Shown: piece after piece, positions 6,748-15,858 of the stretch
Numbering within the stretch: position 1 is the first letter of the stretch
Layout of the letters: each line of letters starts with the position of its first letter
Origin: a virus
Taxonomy: Duplodnaviria; Caudoviricetes
Strand: one strand, 5' to 3'
Length of the DNA: 45,741 nt
Virus record (IMG/VR): IMGVR_UViG_3300049135_000061
Span: 1 to 45,741 of that record
Program-made: the position numbers and the translations under genes
The notes under the pieces: generated by a model
Told to the model about the DNA's origin: nothing
Database searches by the model: none
The model's input: the letters and a program-made list of their open reading frames with translations, nothing else

Positions 6748-7623
6748 ATGGAGATCGTGCGCAGTACGGAGCTGACGCCGGCCGAGAGCCAGTACCCGCT
6801 CCCCAGCAAGCCGACCGTTCTGGCCGTCACGCCCGAGATGGCCAGTGACTGGCTCTCCTACCGCAACCACCCGAAGAACCGTCCACTGTCCAAGGCGGTG
6901 TCCGGCCGGTACCAGGCGGACATGGAGGCCGGGCGCTGGACCGAGGCCACGCCCGAGGGGTACATCTTCGATACCGACGGCTACATCATCTCTGGGCAGC
7001 ACCGACTGAAGGCCCAGGCCAACGCGAACGTCACGCTGGCCATGTGGATCTTCCCCGACCAGCCGCGCGAAATCTTCGAAGTCGTGGACCAGGGGTACAA
7101 GCGCACCGCAGCGCACGTGTTGCACGTGCCGTACGCGACGAACCTGGGCAACGCTGCCCGGCACCTGGCCGCGCTCGCGGACCACGACCGCTGGGGCATG
7201 CCCCGCTTCCCGAAGATCACCACACCGGAGATCGTGCAGACGTTCCACGCCTGGCCCGAGCTGACCTGGTATATCAAGGACGTCCACGGCGCCTCCCTGG
7301 AGGCCGATGTCCCCATCGGCCCCCACGCGGCCGTCCTGGCCCAGGCCGCACGGACGGAGCACCGCGACGCTATCCCCGAGTGGCTGGACGGCGTCCGCTC
7401 GGGAGCCATCGCCAGCAAGACGGACCCCCGCCTCCAGCTCCGCCGCCGCTTCCACGGCGGCCTGCCGGCCGGGAAAGGCAAGCGCGACCTGGCGTACGCG
7501 CTGGTAGTCAAGGCGTGGAACGCCTGGGCGCTGGGCAACGAGGTCACGATCCTGCGGCACATGAGCACCGAAGTGCTGCCGAAGGTCACCGGCTTCGAGT
7601 TCTCGAAGGAGCAGGCCGCGTGA
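6748..7623 (+). CDS. ParB/Srx-like (DGQHR-type) domain protein
   Basis: NRPLS...Y..DM..G.W...IFDTDG.IISGQHRL motif. Confidence 0.7.
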   Translation: MEIVRSTELTPAESQYPLPSKPTVLAVTPEMASDWLSYRNHPKNRPLSKAVSGRYQADMEAGRWTEATPEGYIFDTDGYIISGQHRLKAQANANVTLAMWIFPDQPREIFEVVDQGYKRTAAHVLHVPYATNLGNAARHLAALADHDRWGMPRFPKITTPEIVQTFHAWPELTWYIKDVHGASLEADVPIGPHAAVLAQAARTEHRDAIPEWLDGVRSGAIASKTDPRLQLRRRFHGGLPAGKGKRDLAYALVVKAWNAWALGNEVTILRHMSTEVLPKVTGFEFSKEQAA

Positions 7624-7856
7624 CCGTGTCGCAGCAGAAGAAGCGCGCCTGGGAACAGAAGTTCCAGCGCCTCACCAAGGCGGCCCAAAAGGCCACCGAA
7701 GACGTCCTTGTGGGCGTCCACGAGGCCCGGCAGGACGGGCTGACGCAGGCGGACATCGCTTACATGATCGGCGACGCGTCCGCGTCCGGGATCGCGGCCA
7801 AGGACTCCAGGGGCAAGAAGATCCTTGAGGCCCGGAAGGGGAAGACCCAGCCGTGA
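7620..7856 (+). CDS. HTH DNA-binding protein
   Basis: ARQDGLTQADIAYMIG HTH-like pattern; GTGA overlap. Confidence 0.65.
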   Translation: MTVSQQKKRAWEQKFQRLTKAAQKATEDVLVGVHEARQDGLTQADIAYMIGDASASGIAAKDSRGKKILEARKGKTQP

Positions 7857-8089
7857 TCCCACATCGCGGCATGCCGGTGCTGTTCCCACCCCTCCGAGGG
7901 TGGGGCAGCCCGTCGTACGCCAAGGTCACGAAGGTGACCTCCCCCCACACGGTACGAATCATGATCACCGCCGACAGCGGGGGCCGGAAGAAAGGCGCCT
8001 GCTACGACACGCCCCTGACGCGCCTCACGGCGCGCTCGCGGGGCCGGCACCGCAGATCCAGAGGAAGTCCCATACGAAACCCTTTGTGA
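7853..8089 (+). CDS. Hypothetical basic protein
   Basis: GTGA overlap only. Confidence 0.4.
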   Translation: MIPHRGMPVLFPPLRGWGSPSYAKVTKVTSPHTVRIMITADSGGRKKGACYDTPLTRLTARSRGRHRRSRGSPIRNPL

Positions 8090-8239
8090 TCGAGGTGCAC
8101 CTGTACGTTCCGTGGGTGGGCCATTCGACAACACGTGCGGTTAAGTTTTCGCCAAAGCGGTCGCGTACGCGGCGCCCTGACCAGCGCCGCCGTCAGACTG
8201 TTCGTGCTGCCATCAACGCCCACCGAGGGGACTATCACC

Positions 8240-8542
8240 GTGCCACCCAAGAAGAAGGTCACATTGCCCGACCATGTCAGAGAAGCGGTGCTAAGCGACG
8301 TCGAGCTGAGCCACGAGGTCGCCGTACAGGCTGACGAGAACGACAAGATCAGGATCTACCTGGCTGTAGAGCAAGGCATCACCACGCAAGAGATCGGGCA
8401 CAGGCTGGGCGCAGCCCAGACGACGGTCAGCAGGTGGCGCCGACAGGGTGAGGAGGCGTATCGCCGTCGTGAGCAAGCGCGAAGTGGTCGCCCTGGAGGC
8501 GATCCTGACAGACCCGCAGAACTCGGAGCGGTCGGCGTCTGA
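8240..8542 (+). CDS. HTH DNA-binding protein
   Basis: GITTQEIGHRLGAAQTTVSRW; GAGGGG RBS before GTG. Confidence 0.75.
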   Translation: MPPKKKVTLPDHVREAVLSDVELSHEVAVQADENDKIRIYLAVEQGITTQEIGHRLGAAQTTVSRWRRQGEEAYRRREQARSGRPGGDPDRPAELGAVGV

Positions 8543-9026
8543 GGTCGCTCAGCTCTGCATCGACGCGCTGGACGCAGTCCGGGCGCGTACGCACCGCCTG
8601 GCCATCGTCGGCCAGATCAGCTACGGGCCCCAGGAAGAGACCCGCACAGTCGTCCTGGGGCCGTTTTCGGCTCGCGGCCTTCTCGACTCAGAGGAGAAGC
8701 TGAGACGGGTCATCGAGGGCGGCACAGCCGCCCGGGAAATCGGCCAGAACCTCGCATGGGATCCCGCCAGCAAGATCGGGCGGGGTCGCTTCATGCTCGC
8801 CCCCGCCTTCTGGCGGGCGCGGGACGCCTGGGACTTCTACCGGGGGGACGCCCCGGCCCAGGCCGTTGTGGAGGTCGCCAGAACCCTGCCCCGGGAGATC
8901 GTCCCGGTGTGCCTGTGCGGACTGAAGGAGGCTCCGGCCTGCCGCTGGTGCGGCGAGGCCGTGACGCACCCGTGCCCCCTGCACGAGCCGGAGGCACCGA
9001 CCCACCCTTGCCGCGAAGCGGCATGA
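8469..9026 (+). CDS. Hypothetical protein with C-terminal Cys/His cluster
   Basis: GAGGAGG RBS; CLCG...CRWC...CPLH. Confidence 0.7.
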   Translation: MSKREVVALEAILTDPQNSERSASEVAQLCIDALDAVRARTHRLAIVGQISYGPQEETRTVVLGPFSARGLLDSEEKLRRVIEGGTAAREIGQNLAWDPASKIGRGRFMLAPAFWRARDAWDFYRGDAPAQAVVEVARTLPREIVPVCLCGLKEAPACRWCGEAVTHPCPLHEPEAPTHPCREAA

Positions 9027-9057
9027 CCTCGCCCTTGCGGGGCGGGACGGAGGAATC

Positions 9058-9237
9058 GTGCAGGACGGAGCATCGATATCCGGCGAGGACGCAAGCCGCT
9101 GGCTGCGGGAGCACTTCGCCGGCCAGGCGGAGCCTGCCGTTCACATCACTTGGCGGGATGAGGAGCCCGACCCGGTCGCCTACCGCCGGGTGCTGGAGAT
9201 CCTATTCCGCCCCCGGGCTGACAGTGGGTCAGCCTAA
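9058..9237 (+). CDS. Small protein upstream of the integrase (59 aa, MQDGASISGE...YRRVLEILFRP)
   Basis: Hand translated; GGAGGA RBS; position suggests an integrase accessory. Confidence 0.6.
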   Translation: MQDGASISGEDASRWLREHFAGQAEPAVHITWRDEEPDPVAYRRVLEILFRPRADSGSA

Positions 9238-9313
9238 GATGTCCGCCACATGAGCGACCCCGGCGGCGAGGGCACGCCGACCGGGGTCTGTTGCCAGTCG
9301 CGGAAGGACTGAC

Positions 9314-11320
9314 ATGACAAAGGGTCTCACGGCCGCCATCGATGTGGCGGCCAGGGGTGTACGCGTTGCCACCCTTCGAGCGGTTGACTACCTCCGAGTC
9401 TCCACCGAGGAGCAAGCCGAGGGGTACGGCATCGCTTACAGCGGCAAGAAGACCGCGAAGTACATCGAGCGCAAGGGCTGGGCACACGTCGGCACGTACG
9501 CCGACGAAGGGCTGAGCGGCAGCCTGGAAGCCGGCGACAGGCCGGACCTGCGGCGCCTGATGGCGGACTCGCTGAAGACCCCCCGCCCCTTCGACATGGT
9601 CGTCGTCAATGAGGGGCGCGTCATCGGCCGCACCGGCCGTGCATTCTGGCGCTGGGTGTGGGAGCTGGAAGACCTCGGCGTTTACGTCGCCGTGGTCAAG
9701 AAGGACTACGACAACAGCACCGCGCACGGTCGCTCCCAGATGCGCAAGGACGCGGATTACGCCGAAGAGGAGCGCGAGCTGATCCGCGAGCGCACCCAGG
9801 CCGGCATTCAGGAGAAGGCGGAAGAGGGCGGCTACGTCGGGGGCGTCGTCCCCTTCGGCTGGGAAGTCGTGGACCAGGGGAAGAAGACCTCGCGCTATGG
9901 CGTATGCGAGGCCGAAGCTCAGGTACTCCGCCGAGCACGAGAGCTGTTTCTGGAACACCGGAGCTGGACCGCAGTTGCCCTCCTGCTCAACAGCGAGGGC
10001 ATGTACTCCAAGAGCGGCAGGCCGTGGAGCGCCAAGAACCTTTCTCGGCGACTCCTCGGCGACGCTGCGACGAAGAACCGCGTCGTGTGGAGGGGGCGTC
10101 AGGCCGCGAAAAGGCCGGACGGCACTTTCATCTACGGCGAGCAGGTCATCATCAACCTTCCTCCGATCTTCTCGGAGGAGGAGATTGCGGAGCTGGAGTC
10201 CGCAGCAGCGGCAGTGCCGAAGTACATCGCCAGGAACGGTAGCCGTATCTACACCCTGACGGGCCGTCTCGTCAGCCCGTGCGGCGCCACGTACTCCGGG
10301 CACAATCAGCACCCGGGTTCGTACGTGTATCGGTGCAAGGGGCGCGAGGAGTCCTTTGCGGGCGCTGGAGACACCTGCGATTGCCCGCCGCTGGATGTCG
10401 AGCCACTGGAAAGGCAGGTCTGGGACGACGTCCGGGCCACGCTTGGCGACGCGGAGCGAATGAAGGCCCTGGCGCAAGACTGGGCCGATTCCTCCAAGAC
10501 CGATCATGTCGATTACGTGGGCCGTATCGCGGCCCTGGATCAGCAGATTGCCGAGCAGCAGCAGACCATCAACGTGACGATGGCGGTTGCGGCCAGGCAG
10601 GCAATCAAGCAGGGCATGACTGCGGAGGAAGCCGAAGCCTCGGTTGAGCGGACGCTGAAGCCGCTCAACGAGAATCTGGAGGAGCTGGAAAAGCTCCGCC
10701 GGGAAGCGCTCGCGTGGCAGCGGGATGCGGCGGAGGCCGGCGACCGGGCGAGGAATCTGGAAAGGCTCGCAGAAGTCGCTCGCTCCAACATGCAGGGCAT
10801 GGGGCCGCAGGAGCAGGTAGAGCTGTACGCCGCGCTGGGGCTGGAGGCGGTAGTCCTCCACAGTCCCAAGCGGCGCCTGGGCGTGCCCTGCGCGGTCACT
10901 GCATGGTTCAACGACAACGGCCGGTTGGTCCCCACCCTCACGGATGAGGGCTGGGAGCGCATCGAGCACCTGATGAAGGGGCGCCGGTCCGACGTGAAGC
11001 ACGACCGGCGCGGCGTCGTGGAGGCGCTGCTGCTCAAGGCTCGGACGGGGGTTAAGTACCGCGACCTCCCGTCGGGGTTCGCTCCGGCTCACACCCTTCA
11101 GACCACGGCGAACCGATGGATGAAGGACGGCACCTGGGCCCAGGCCATGGAGTTGCTGAAGGACCAGCCCGGCCAGCCGGCGTGGAAGCCGGACCCGGTG
11201 CGGGTTGAGGTCAGCCTGAAGCCCCTGGCTATTGAGTGCAGGTGCGGTGAAGAGGAATCCGGCGGTTGGGTCGGAGGGCGCGACACCTCGCTTAAACTCA
11301 CTTTCCAGACAGCCGCCTGA
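9314..11320 (+). CDS. int: Large serine recombinase/integrase with an IS5-transposase-like HTH insertion
   Basis: YLRVST catalytic motif, DEGLSG, RPDL..L, ERELIRERT helix, recombinase domain, degenerate Zn ribbon, coiled coil. Confidence 0.93.
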   Translation: MTKGLTAAIDVAARGVRVATLRAVDYLRVSTEEQAEGYGIAYSGKKTAKYIERKGWAHVGTYADEGLSGSLEAGDRPDLRRLMADSLKTPRPFDMVVVNEGRVIGRTGRAFWRWVWELEDLGVYVAVVKKDYDNSTAHGRSQMRKDADYAEEERELIRERTQAGIQEKAEEGGYVGGVVPFGWEVVDQGKKTSRYGVCEAEAQVLRRARELFLEHRSWTAVALLLNSEGMYSKSGRPWSAKNLSRRLLGDAATKNRVVWRGRQAAKRPDGTFIYGEQVIINLPPIFSEEEIAELESAAAAVPKYIARNGSRIYTLTGRLVSPCGATYSGHNQHPGSYVYRCKGREESFAGAGDTCDCPPLDVEPLERQVWDDVRATLGDAERMKALAQDWADSSKTDHVDYVGRIAALDQQIAEQQQTINVTMAVAARQAIKQGMTAEEAEASVERTLKPLNENLEELEKLRREALAWQRDAAEAGDRARNLERLAEVARSNMQGMGPQEQVELYAALGLEAVVLHSPKRRLGVPCAVTAWFNDNGRLVPTLTDEGWERIEHLMKGRRSDVKHDRRGVVEALLLKARTGVKYRDLPSGFAPAHTLQTTANRWMKDGTWAQAMELLKDQPGQPAWKPDPVRVEVSLKPLAIECRCGEEESGGWVGGRDTSLKLTFQTAA

Positions 11321-11340
11321 CCTGCGCAAACATCAACCAC

Positions 11341-11368
11341 GAGCCCTCGCTGATGCGGGGGCTCTTCG
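11341..11368 (+). terminator. Hairpin after the integrase
   Basis: GAGCCCTCGC-tgat-GCGGGGGCTC-ttc. Confidence 0.5.
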
Positions 11369-11382
11369 CATTGGAGGGCTCC

Positions 11383-11577
11383 ATGACCCGAGGAAAGGGC
11401 CGCCTGGACCTCAAGGCGGACATCCGCTCCGCGCTTGCTCCGCACATCCACCTGGAGCCCGGCGTGGACGCCGTCCTGGCGGCCGTCCTCCCGCACATCG
11501 AGCTGGCGTACCAGCGCGGAGTCATGGCCGAGCGCAGCCGCGCCGGCTACCAGAAGATCAAGGAGAACAGCGAATGA
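11383..11577 (+). CDS. Hypothetical protein
   Basis: GGAGG RBS. Confidence 0.65.
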   Translation: MTRGKGRLDLKADIRSALAPHIHLEPGVDAVLAAVLPHIELAYQRGVMAERSRAGYQKIKENSE

Positions 11578-11641
11578 TGAGCATCCCCTGCCAGCGCTGC
11601 CGCAGCGAGTACTGCCTGTGCCCGCAGCTCCCGGGGGCGTC

Positions 11642-11839
11642 ATGAGCGAGCAGATCCGCTGCGCCCATGGCTACGGCCTGATGCGCGACTCCTGCCCCGG
11701 ATGCGACCACATGCAGGAGACACCGCATGCGGCGGACCCGGTACGGGTCAAGCCGAGGTGGGCGAAGCGGCAAATGCGCCGCTGCCGACACTGCGCGCTC
11801 GTGCCTTCGCATCGCATTCACGTGGAGGTGAAGACATGA
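11642..11839 (+). CDS. Cys/His-rich hypothetical protein
   Basis: CAH...CPGC...CRHC; coupled to a 23-aa Cys-rich ORF at 11574-11645. Confidence 0.6.
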   Translation: MSEQIRCAHGYGLMRDSCPGCDHMQETPHAADPVRVKPRWAKRQMRRCRHCALVPSHRIHVEVKT

Positions 11840-11967
11840 CCCCCTCGCACAAGCAGCCCGGCCGCCTTCGTGGCGGCCTTTCTCGTATCGGCTGGGCTGT
11901 TGCCGAAGCGCTCATCGGTGGCGCCATCGGCGTCCTTTTCGCCGCCCTGTGGCTTGCGAACAGATAG
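11836..11967 (+). CDS. Small membrane protein
   Basis: Single hydrophobic helix; GGAGG RBS; ATGA overlap. Confidence 0.65.
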   Translation: MTPSHKQPGRLRGGLSRIGWAVAEALIGGAIGVLFAALWLANR

Positions 11968-11975
11968 GAGGACTG

Positions 11976-12716
11976 TTGCTGTACGACCCGGAACGGCGCT
12001 GGCTCGACCGGGCCAGTTGCCGCACAGTCGAGCCCGAACGCTTCTTCGCCGCCAGCGGCGGACAGGTGGACAAGAGCCCTTCTCCCGCCAATCAGGCCCT
12101 GTGGAACAAGGCCAAGAGGGTCTGCCGCTTCTGCCCCGTGCTGGAGCAGTGCCGCCGAGACACCCTGGGCGAGGAGTACGGCGTGTGGGGCGGCAAGGAC
12201 GAGCACGAGCGTTATCTGGAACGCAAGAAGATCTCCCGTGGGCGCTGGAAGAAATGGCCGGAGGAAACGCGCCTCGCATGGGGCGAGCATCTGGCCTGGC
12301 TCCGCAATCGCGGCGTGTCCTGGCGCGAGATCGGCCGCCGCACCGGCTTCACGATCAATGTGTGTGAGGCGCTGATCGAGCAGTGGCGCGCGGATAAGAG
12401 CCAACGGTCCCAAGAAGCCGTTACCGAAAAGCCCGCTCGCGTCATCGAGGGCCTGACGCTCCGGGAGTTCCCGGATGTCCCGGGGCAGCGCCACATGTGG
12501 GTGCGCCATAACGGCCGGGTCTCGGACGGCTGGTATGCCGGCGAGACCAAGGACGGCGCCTGGATTCGCGTCCAGGTCTGGTCCGGGCGCGGCAATGTTT
12601 TCAAGTGGGTCCAGCCCACTGACTTGAAGATCTACAACGCGCAGACGCCATTCCACATCCGATACGTAGGGAGGGCTGCGCGTGAGCGAGCCGCCGCAGA
12701 GAGGGAAGTTGCCTGA
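11976..12716 (+). CDS. whiB: WhiB-family transcription factor with long C-terminal extension
   Basis: W..RASC...FF...AKRVCRFCPV..QC...GVWGG; AGGAGG RBS before TTG. Confidence 0.9.
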   Translation: MLYDPERRWLDRASCRTVEPERFFAASGGQVDKSPSPANQALWNKAKRVCRFCPVLEQCRRDTLGEEYGVWGGKDEHERYLERKKISRGRWKKWPEETRLAWGEHLAWLRNRGVSWREIGRRTGFTINVCEALIEQWRADKSQRSQEAVTEKPARVIEGLTLREFPDVPGQRHMWVRHNGRVSDGWYAGETKDGAWIRVQVWSGRGNVFKWVQPTDLKIYNAQTPFHIRYVGRAARERAAAEREVA

Positions 12717-13542
12717 GCACCTGTCGCACAGCGCCAGGGAAACCCTGGAGAGATGCGCCAAGTCGTACTTCTTGAGCCGCATTGCCCGAGCCCCCAAGCA
12801 GCTCGCACTTTGGAGCGCTGGGGGCTCTGCCGTGCACGAGACCACCGAGCACTACGACTTGATGTCGATGGCCGGCACGGCCGACGCCTTTCAGGCTGGC
12901 TTCGTGTGGGAAAGGCTCTTCGAGCTGGAGCTGGACAAGCTCCGCGACAAGGAGCCCGAGGAGAGCCGGTGGCGCCGCACGTCTGAGGACGTGGAGGACT
13001 GGCGCCGCATCGGCTTGCAGTTCGTCCAGGCGTACATCGACTGGCGCGAGCGCTCCCCGTGGGAGATCTGGACCACGCCGGACGGTGAGCCGGCCATCGA
13101 GCTGGACATCTCCGGGCGCCTGCCCGGGTGTCCCGTCGAGATCAAGGCGTACCTGGACCGAGTCATGTATGACCCGGTCTTCAAGAAGCTGTGGGTCGTG
13201 GACCTGAAGACCTCCAAGAGGCCGCCGAAGACACCGGACCAGTTCCGCACCTACGGCGCCCTGCTTGAGGTCAAGCACGGCATTCGCGCCGACCACGGGG
13301 CGCCGTTCATGAACCGCAGGGGCTCCCTGGGCAAGCCGTTCGACCTGTTCGACGTCACGCCGGAGCAGGTGGGCGCCGTGTACGGCGAAGCCTGGGCCAA
13401 GGTCCAGGGCGGGGTGTTCCCCGCCGATGGCCTGGGCCGGGAGTGCTTCATCTGTGACGTCTCCGCCGCGTGCCACGCCAAGGGCGGGCCGCTGGCGAGC
13501 TACTACGACCCGGACAGTCCGGGCTTCCAACCACCGTACTGA
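12682..13542 (+). CDS. Cas4/RecB-like PD-(D/E)xK exonuclease
   Basis: HLSHS...C...GSAVH...LDRV...VVDLKT...Q..Y and C-terminal CxxC..C. Confidence 0.88.
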   Translation: MSEPPQRGKLPEHLSHSARETLERCAKSYFLSRIARAPKQLALWSAGGSAVHETTEHYDLMSMAGTADAFQAGFVWERLFELELDKLRDKEPEESRWRRTSEDVEDWRRIGLQFVQAYIDWRERSPWEIWTTPDGEPAIELDISGRLPGCPVEIKAYLDRVMYDPVFKKLWVVDLKTSKRPPKTPDQFRTYGALLEVKHGIRADHGAPFMNRRGSLGKPFDLFDVTPEQVGAVYGEAWAKVQGGVFPADGLGRECFICDVSAACHAKGGPLASYYDPDSPGFQPPY

Positions 13543-13550
13543 GGAGAGCC

Positions 13551-13679
13551 ATGGCGAAGACCTTCTCCGCTCGCTTCGACAGCGAGTGCGACCACTGCTG
13601 CCACGACATCTACGAGGGCGACGAAGCCGGCTGGCGAGACGGCGTCGTCGTCCACGAGGAGTGCCTGGAGGACGACTGA
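13551..13679 (+). CDS. Small Zn-binding protein (ARFDSECDHC...HEEC)
   Basis: GAGGAG RBS; CxxC/HxxC. Confidence 0.7.
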   Translation: MAKTFSARFDSECDHCCHDIYEGDEAGWRDGVVVHEECLEDD

Positions 13680-13825
13680 TGCCGGACATCCCGCGAGACC
13701 CCGACTGCGAGTGCCAGATGGAACTGCCGTCGATGCGGCGCATCTGGTGCGACCACTGCCTGACGGACGGGCCGAAGCCCGGCACGCTCGCCGATCCGGC
13801 CGTGGCGTGCGGCGACGACCAATGA
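13679..13825 (+). CDS. Small Cys-rich protein
   Basis: TGATG coupling. Confidence 0.55.
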   Translation: MPDIPRDPDCECQMELPSMRRIWCDHCLTDGPKPGTLADPAVACGDDQ

Positions 13826-13908
13826 CCAACTGCGACTGCGGCGCCTGCTGCGAGCAGTGCGGCCACTACCCCGGCTGCATCAGCGGGAAGGGGAGGCGCG
13901 ACGAGTGA
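13822..13908 (+). CDS. Tiny Cys-rich protein (28 aa)
   Basis: ATGA coupling; 6 Cys. Confidence 0.45.
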   Translation: MTNCDCGACCEQCGHYPGCISGKGRRDE

Positions 13909-13928
13909 CGGCCTGATCTGGCACTCCA

Positions 13929-13960
13929 CCCCACGGGCAACCGTGGGGCTTGTTGTTTCC
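13929..13960 (+). terminator. Intrinsic terminator-like hairpin
   Basis: CCCCACGG-gcaa-CCGTGGGG followed by a T-rich tail (cttgttgtttc). Confidence 0.55.
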
Positions 13961-14077
13961 GGCGGCTTCGTCACCGACGCGCCGCCCTACGCCCGCAGGT
14001 GGGCGCTCAACCGACCAGCGACAGAGTTGCTGAACGACCCCCGGGCGGACACCGCCTGGCTCCCCGAGGAGAAGACC

Positions 14078-14710
14078 TTGACCGACACCATGCCCGAGCA
14101 GACGGAGGACTGGAGCGACGTGGAGCAGAGCGCGGATGCGACGTACCCGGAGTACCCGGGCAACCCGCACAACCACCGGTACACGATCAGCATGAACGGC
14201 CAGGGGCCGATGGTCGTGGTGCGCGGCAACACCGCCGAGGAGATCAACGCGGCCTGGCAGGAGCTGGAGGAGAAGGCCACCGGGGCCATCATGGGCAGCG
14301 CCTGGGCGTCCATCAGGGCCGCCGCTCAGCTCGCCAACGGCCTGGGCGCCAGCCCGGTCCCGGCCGGTCCGCCGGCCATGCCCCAGGCCCCGGCGGGCCT
14401 GCCGGTCCCGCCCCCGCCGGGCGTGCCCGGCACGGCACCGGCCGCCTGGCAGAACGTCGGGGCTCCGACCCCGCCGGCTCCGCCAGCCGCTCCGCAGGCG
14501 TCGCCCGAGTACCGCCAGGCGGGCTGGTACCGGCTGAGCGTCCCCTTCCCCAAGAAGGGTGAGTTCGACGGCATCGTGGCGCAGTACCAGCTCCGCAAGG
14601 GCCGCCCCTCCGAGGGCGGCCAGCTCTCCTGGAACAAGGCGGAGAAGAGCTGGATGGCCGCCCCGGAGATCGCCGGCTACTTCACGCAGTTCAACCCCGT
14701 TCCGGCGTAG
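14078..14710 (+). CDS. Hypothetical replication-region protein with Pro/Ala linker
   Basis: GAGGAG RBS before TTG; two domains joined by a Pro-rich linker. Confidence 0.75.
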   Translation: MTDTMPEQTEDWSDVEQSADATYPEYPGNPHNHRYTISMNGQGPMVVVRGNTAEEINAAWQELEEKATGAIMGSAWASIRAAAQLANGLGASPVPAGPPAMPQAPAGLPVPPPPGVPGTAPAAWQNVGAPTPPAPPAAPQASPEYRQAGWYRLSVPFPKKGEFDGIVAQYQLRKGRPSEGGQLSWNKAEKSWMAAPEIAGYFTQFNPVPA

Positions 14711-14781
14711 TGGCGACGCTTGCATACACCCCCTATCTCCCTTGCCTCCACACTGAGGGGCGAGGGAGAGGGGGTGAGTAC

Positions 14782-15024
14782 ATGGGATCAAGAAGCAGGC
14801 CGTACACCCGCACCGATCCGGAGGGGCGCTTCCGGCCCGTCCCGACGGCCGCCGACAAGGCGGCAGCCGACGAGCTGCGCCGCGCTCTGGCGCCGGCAAC
14901 GCCATCGGACACCGTCCGGTCGGAAGCGTGGTACGGCAGCATGCGGCAGCAAGAGCAGTTCCCCCAGGCAATGGTGTGGATCGGCATCGCTGTGGCGTGG
15001 CTGATCTTCATGTGGCTGGTGTAG
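14782..15024 (+). CDS. Membrane-anchored hypothetical protein
   Basis: C-terminal hydrophobic helix; RBS inside the hairpin at 14727-14776. Confidence 0.65.
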   Translation: MGSRSRPYTRTDPEGRFRPVPTAADKAAADELRRALAPATPSDTVRSEAWYGSMRQQEQFPQAMVWIGIAVAWLIFMWLV

Positions 15025-15858
15025 ATGCAGACGCTCTCCCGCTCCGTGACGCGGGGGGCAGTGGGCAAGGAGCCCCTGCCCCCCGCTTTTGCATCCTGGG
15101 AGGCACAGGGGATCAGGTTCCGGCGGGCATCGGTCTCGATGCTCGCCGGGATCCCCGGCTCCCACAAGACCCGCATCATGCTCAACGGCGTGGTGAACAT
15201 GAGGATCCCCACCCTGGCGTTCTCCACGGACAGCGACCAGGACACCATCGCCAGCCGCCTGCTGGCCATCAACACGCGCACGCCCACCTCCGAAACGGAG
15301 GACTGGCTGCGCACCGACCCGGACAAGTGCCGGCGCATCCTGTCGGGCTACGACTTCATGCGCTGGGAGTTTATGCCGAACCCGTCCCTGGACGACGTCT
15401 GGCTGAGCGCGTACGCGTACCACGAGACAGAGGGCATCTGGCCCCACCAGATCGTGGTGGACATCGCCTCCGACATCGGCCACGACACCGGAGACGAGTG
15501 GGGGTCTCTCCGGGACCTCATGCGCCAGTCCAAGGTGCTGGCCCGCGAGACGGAGGCGCACGTGCTGCTGGTGCATCACTGCGCCGACTCCGAGCGCACC
15601 AAGAGGCCGTGTCCCCGGCGCTCCGACATTCACGGCAAGGTCGCCGCCATTCCGGAAGTGATCGTCACCTGCGGTGTCGATGGCACGGGCGGCCTGCACG
15701 CGGCGTGCGTGAAGAACAGGCATGCCAAGGCGAGCGCGGACGCTGACATCCGCATCCCCATGACGCTGGACGCTGCGACGTCCTTCGTCGGGGACTACGT
15801 ACCGAACGCGCCTCAGCACTCGTACGCGAGCTGGGGTGGAGAGGACGGCTGGGGATGA
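15025..15858 (+). CDS. DnaB-like (RecA-fold) helicase
   Basis: Walker A variant GIPGSHKT, Walker B IVVD, KVLARET.AHVLLVHH, VKNRH. Confidence 0.85.
   Translation: MQTLSRSVTRGAVGKEPLPPAFASWEAQGIRFRRASVSMLAGIPGSHKTRIMLNGVVNMRIPTLAFSTDSDQDTIASRLLAINTRTPTSETEDWLRTDPDKCRRILSGYDFMRWEFMPNPSLDDVWLSAYAYHETEGIWPHQIVVDIASDIGHDTGDEWGSLRDLMRQSKVLARETEAHVLLVHHCADSERTKRPCPRRSDIHGKVAAIPEVIVTCGVDGTGGLHAACVKNRHAKASADADIRIPMTLDAATSFVGDYVPNAPQHSYASWGGEDGWG

Noticed and set aside
10937-11160. Inserted IS5 element
   Set aside because: No DDE catalytic domain or terminal inverted repeats seen, and the segment is in frame within the integrase.
9146-11329. Long antisense ORFs (also 30888-32888, 35165-36838, 39430-41211, 41710-43131)
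   Set aside because: Shadow frames of real high-GC genes, with no motifs or RBS.
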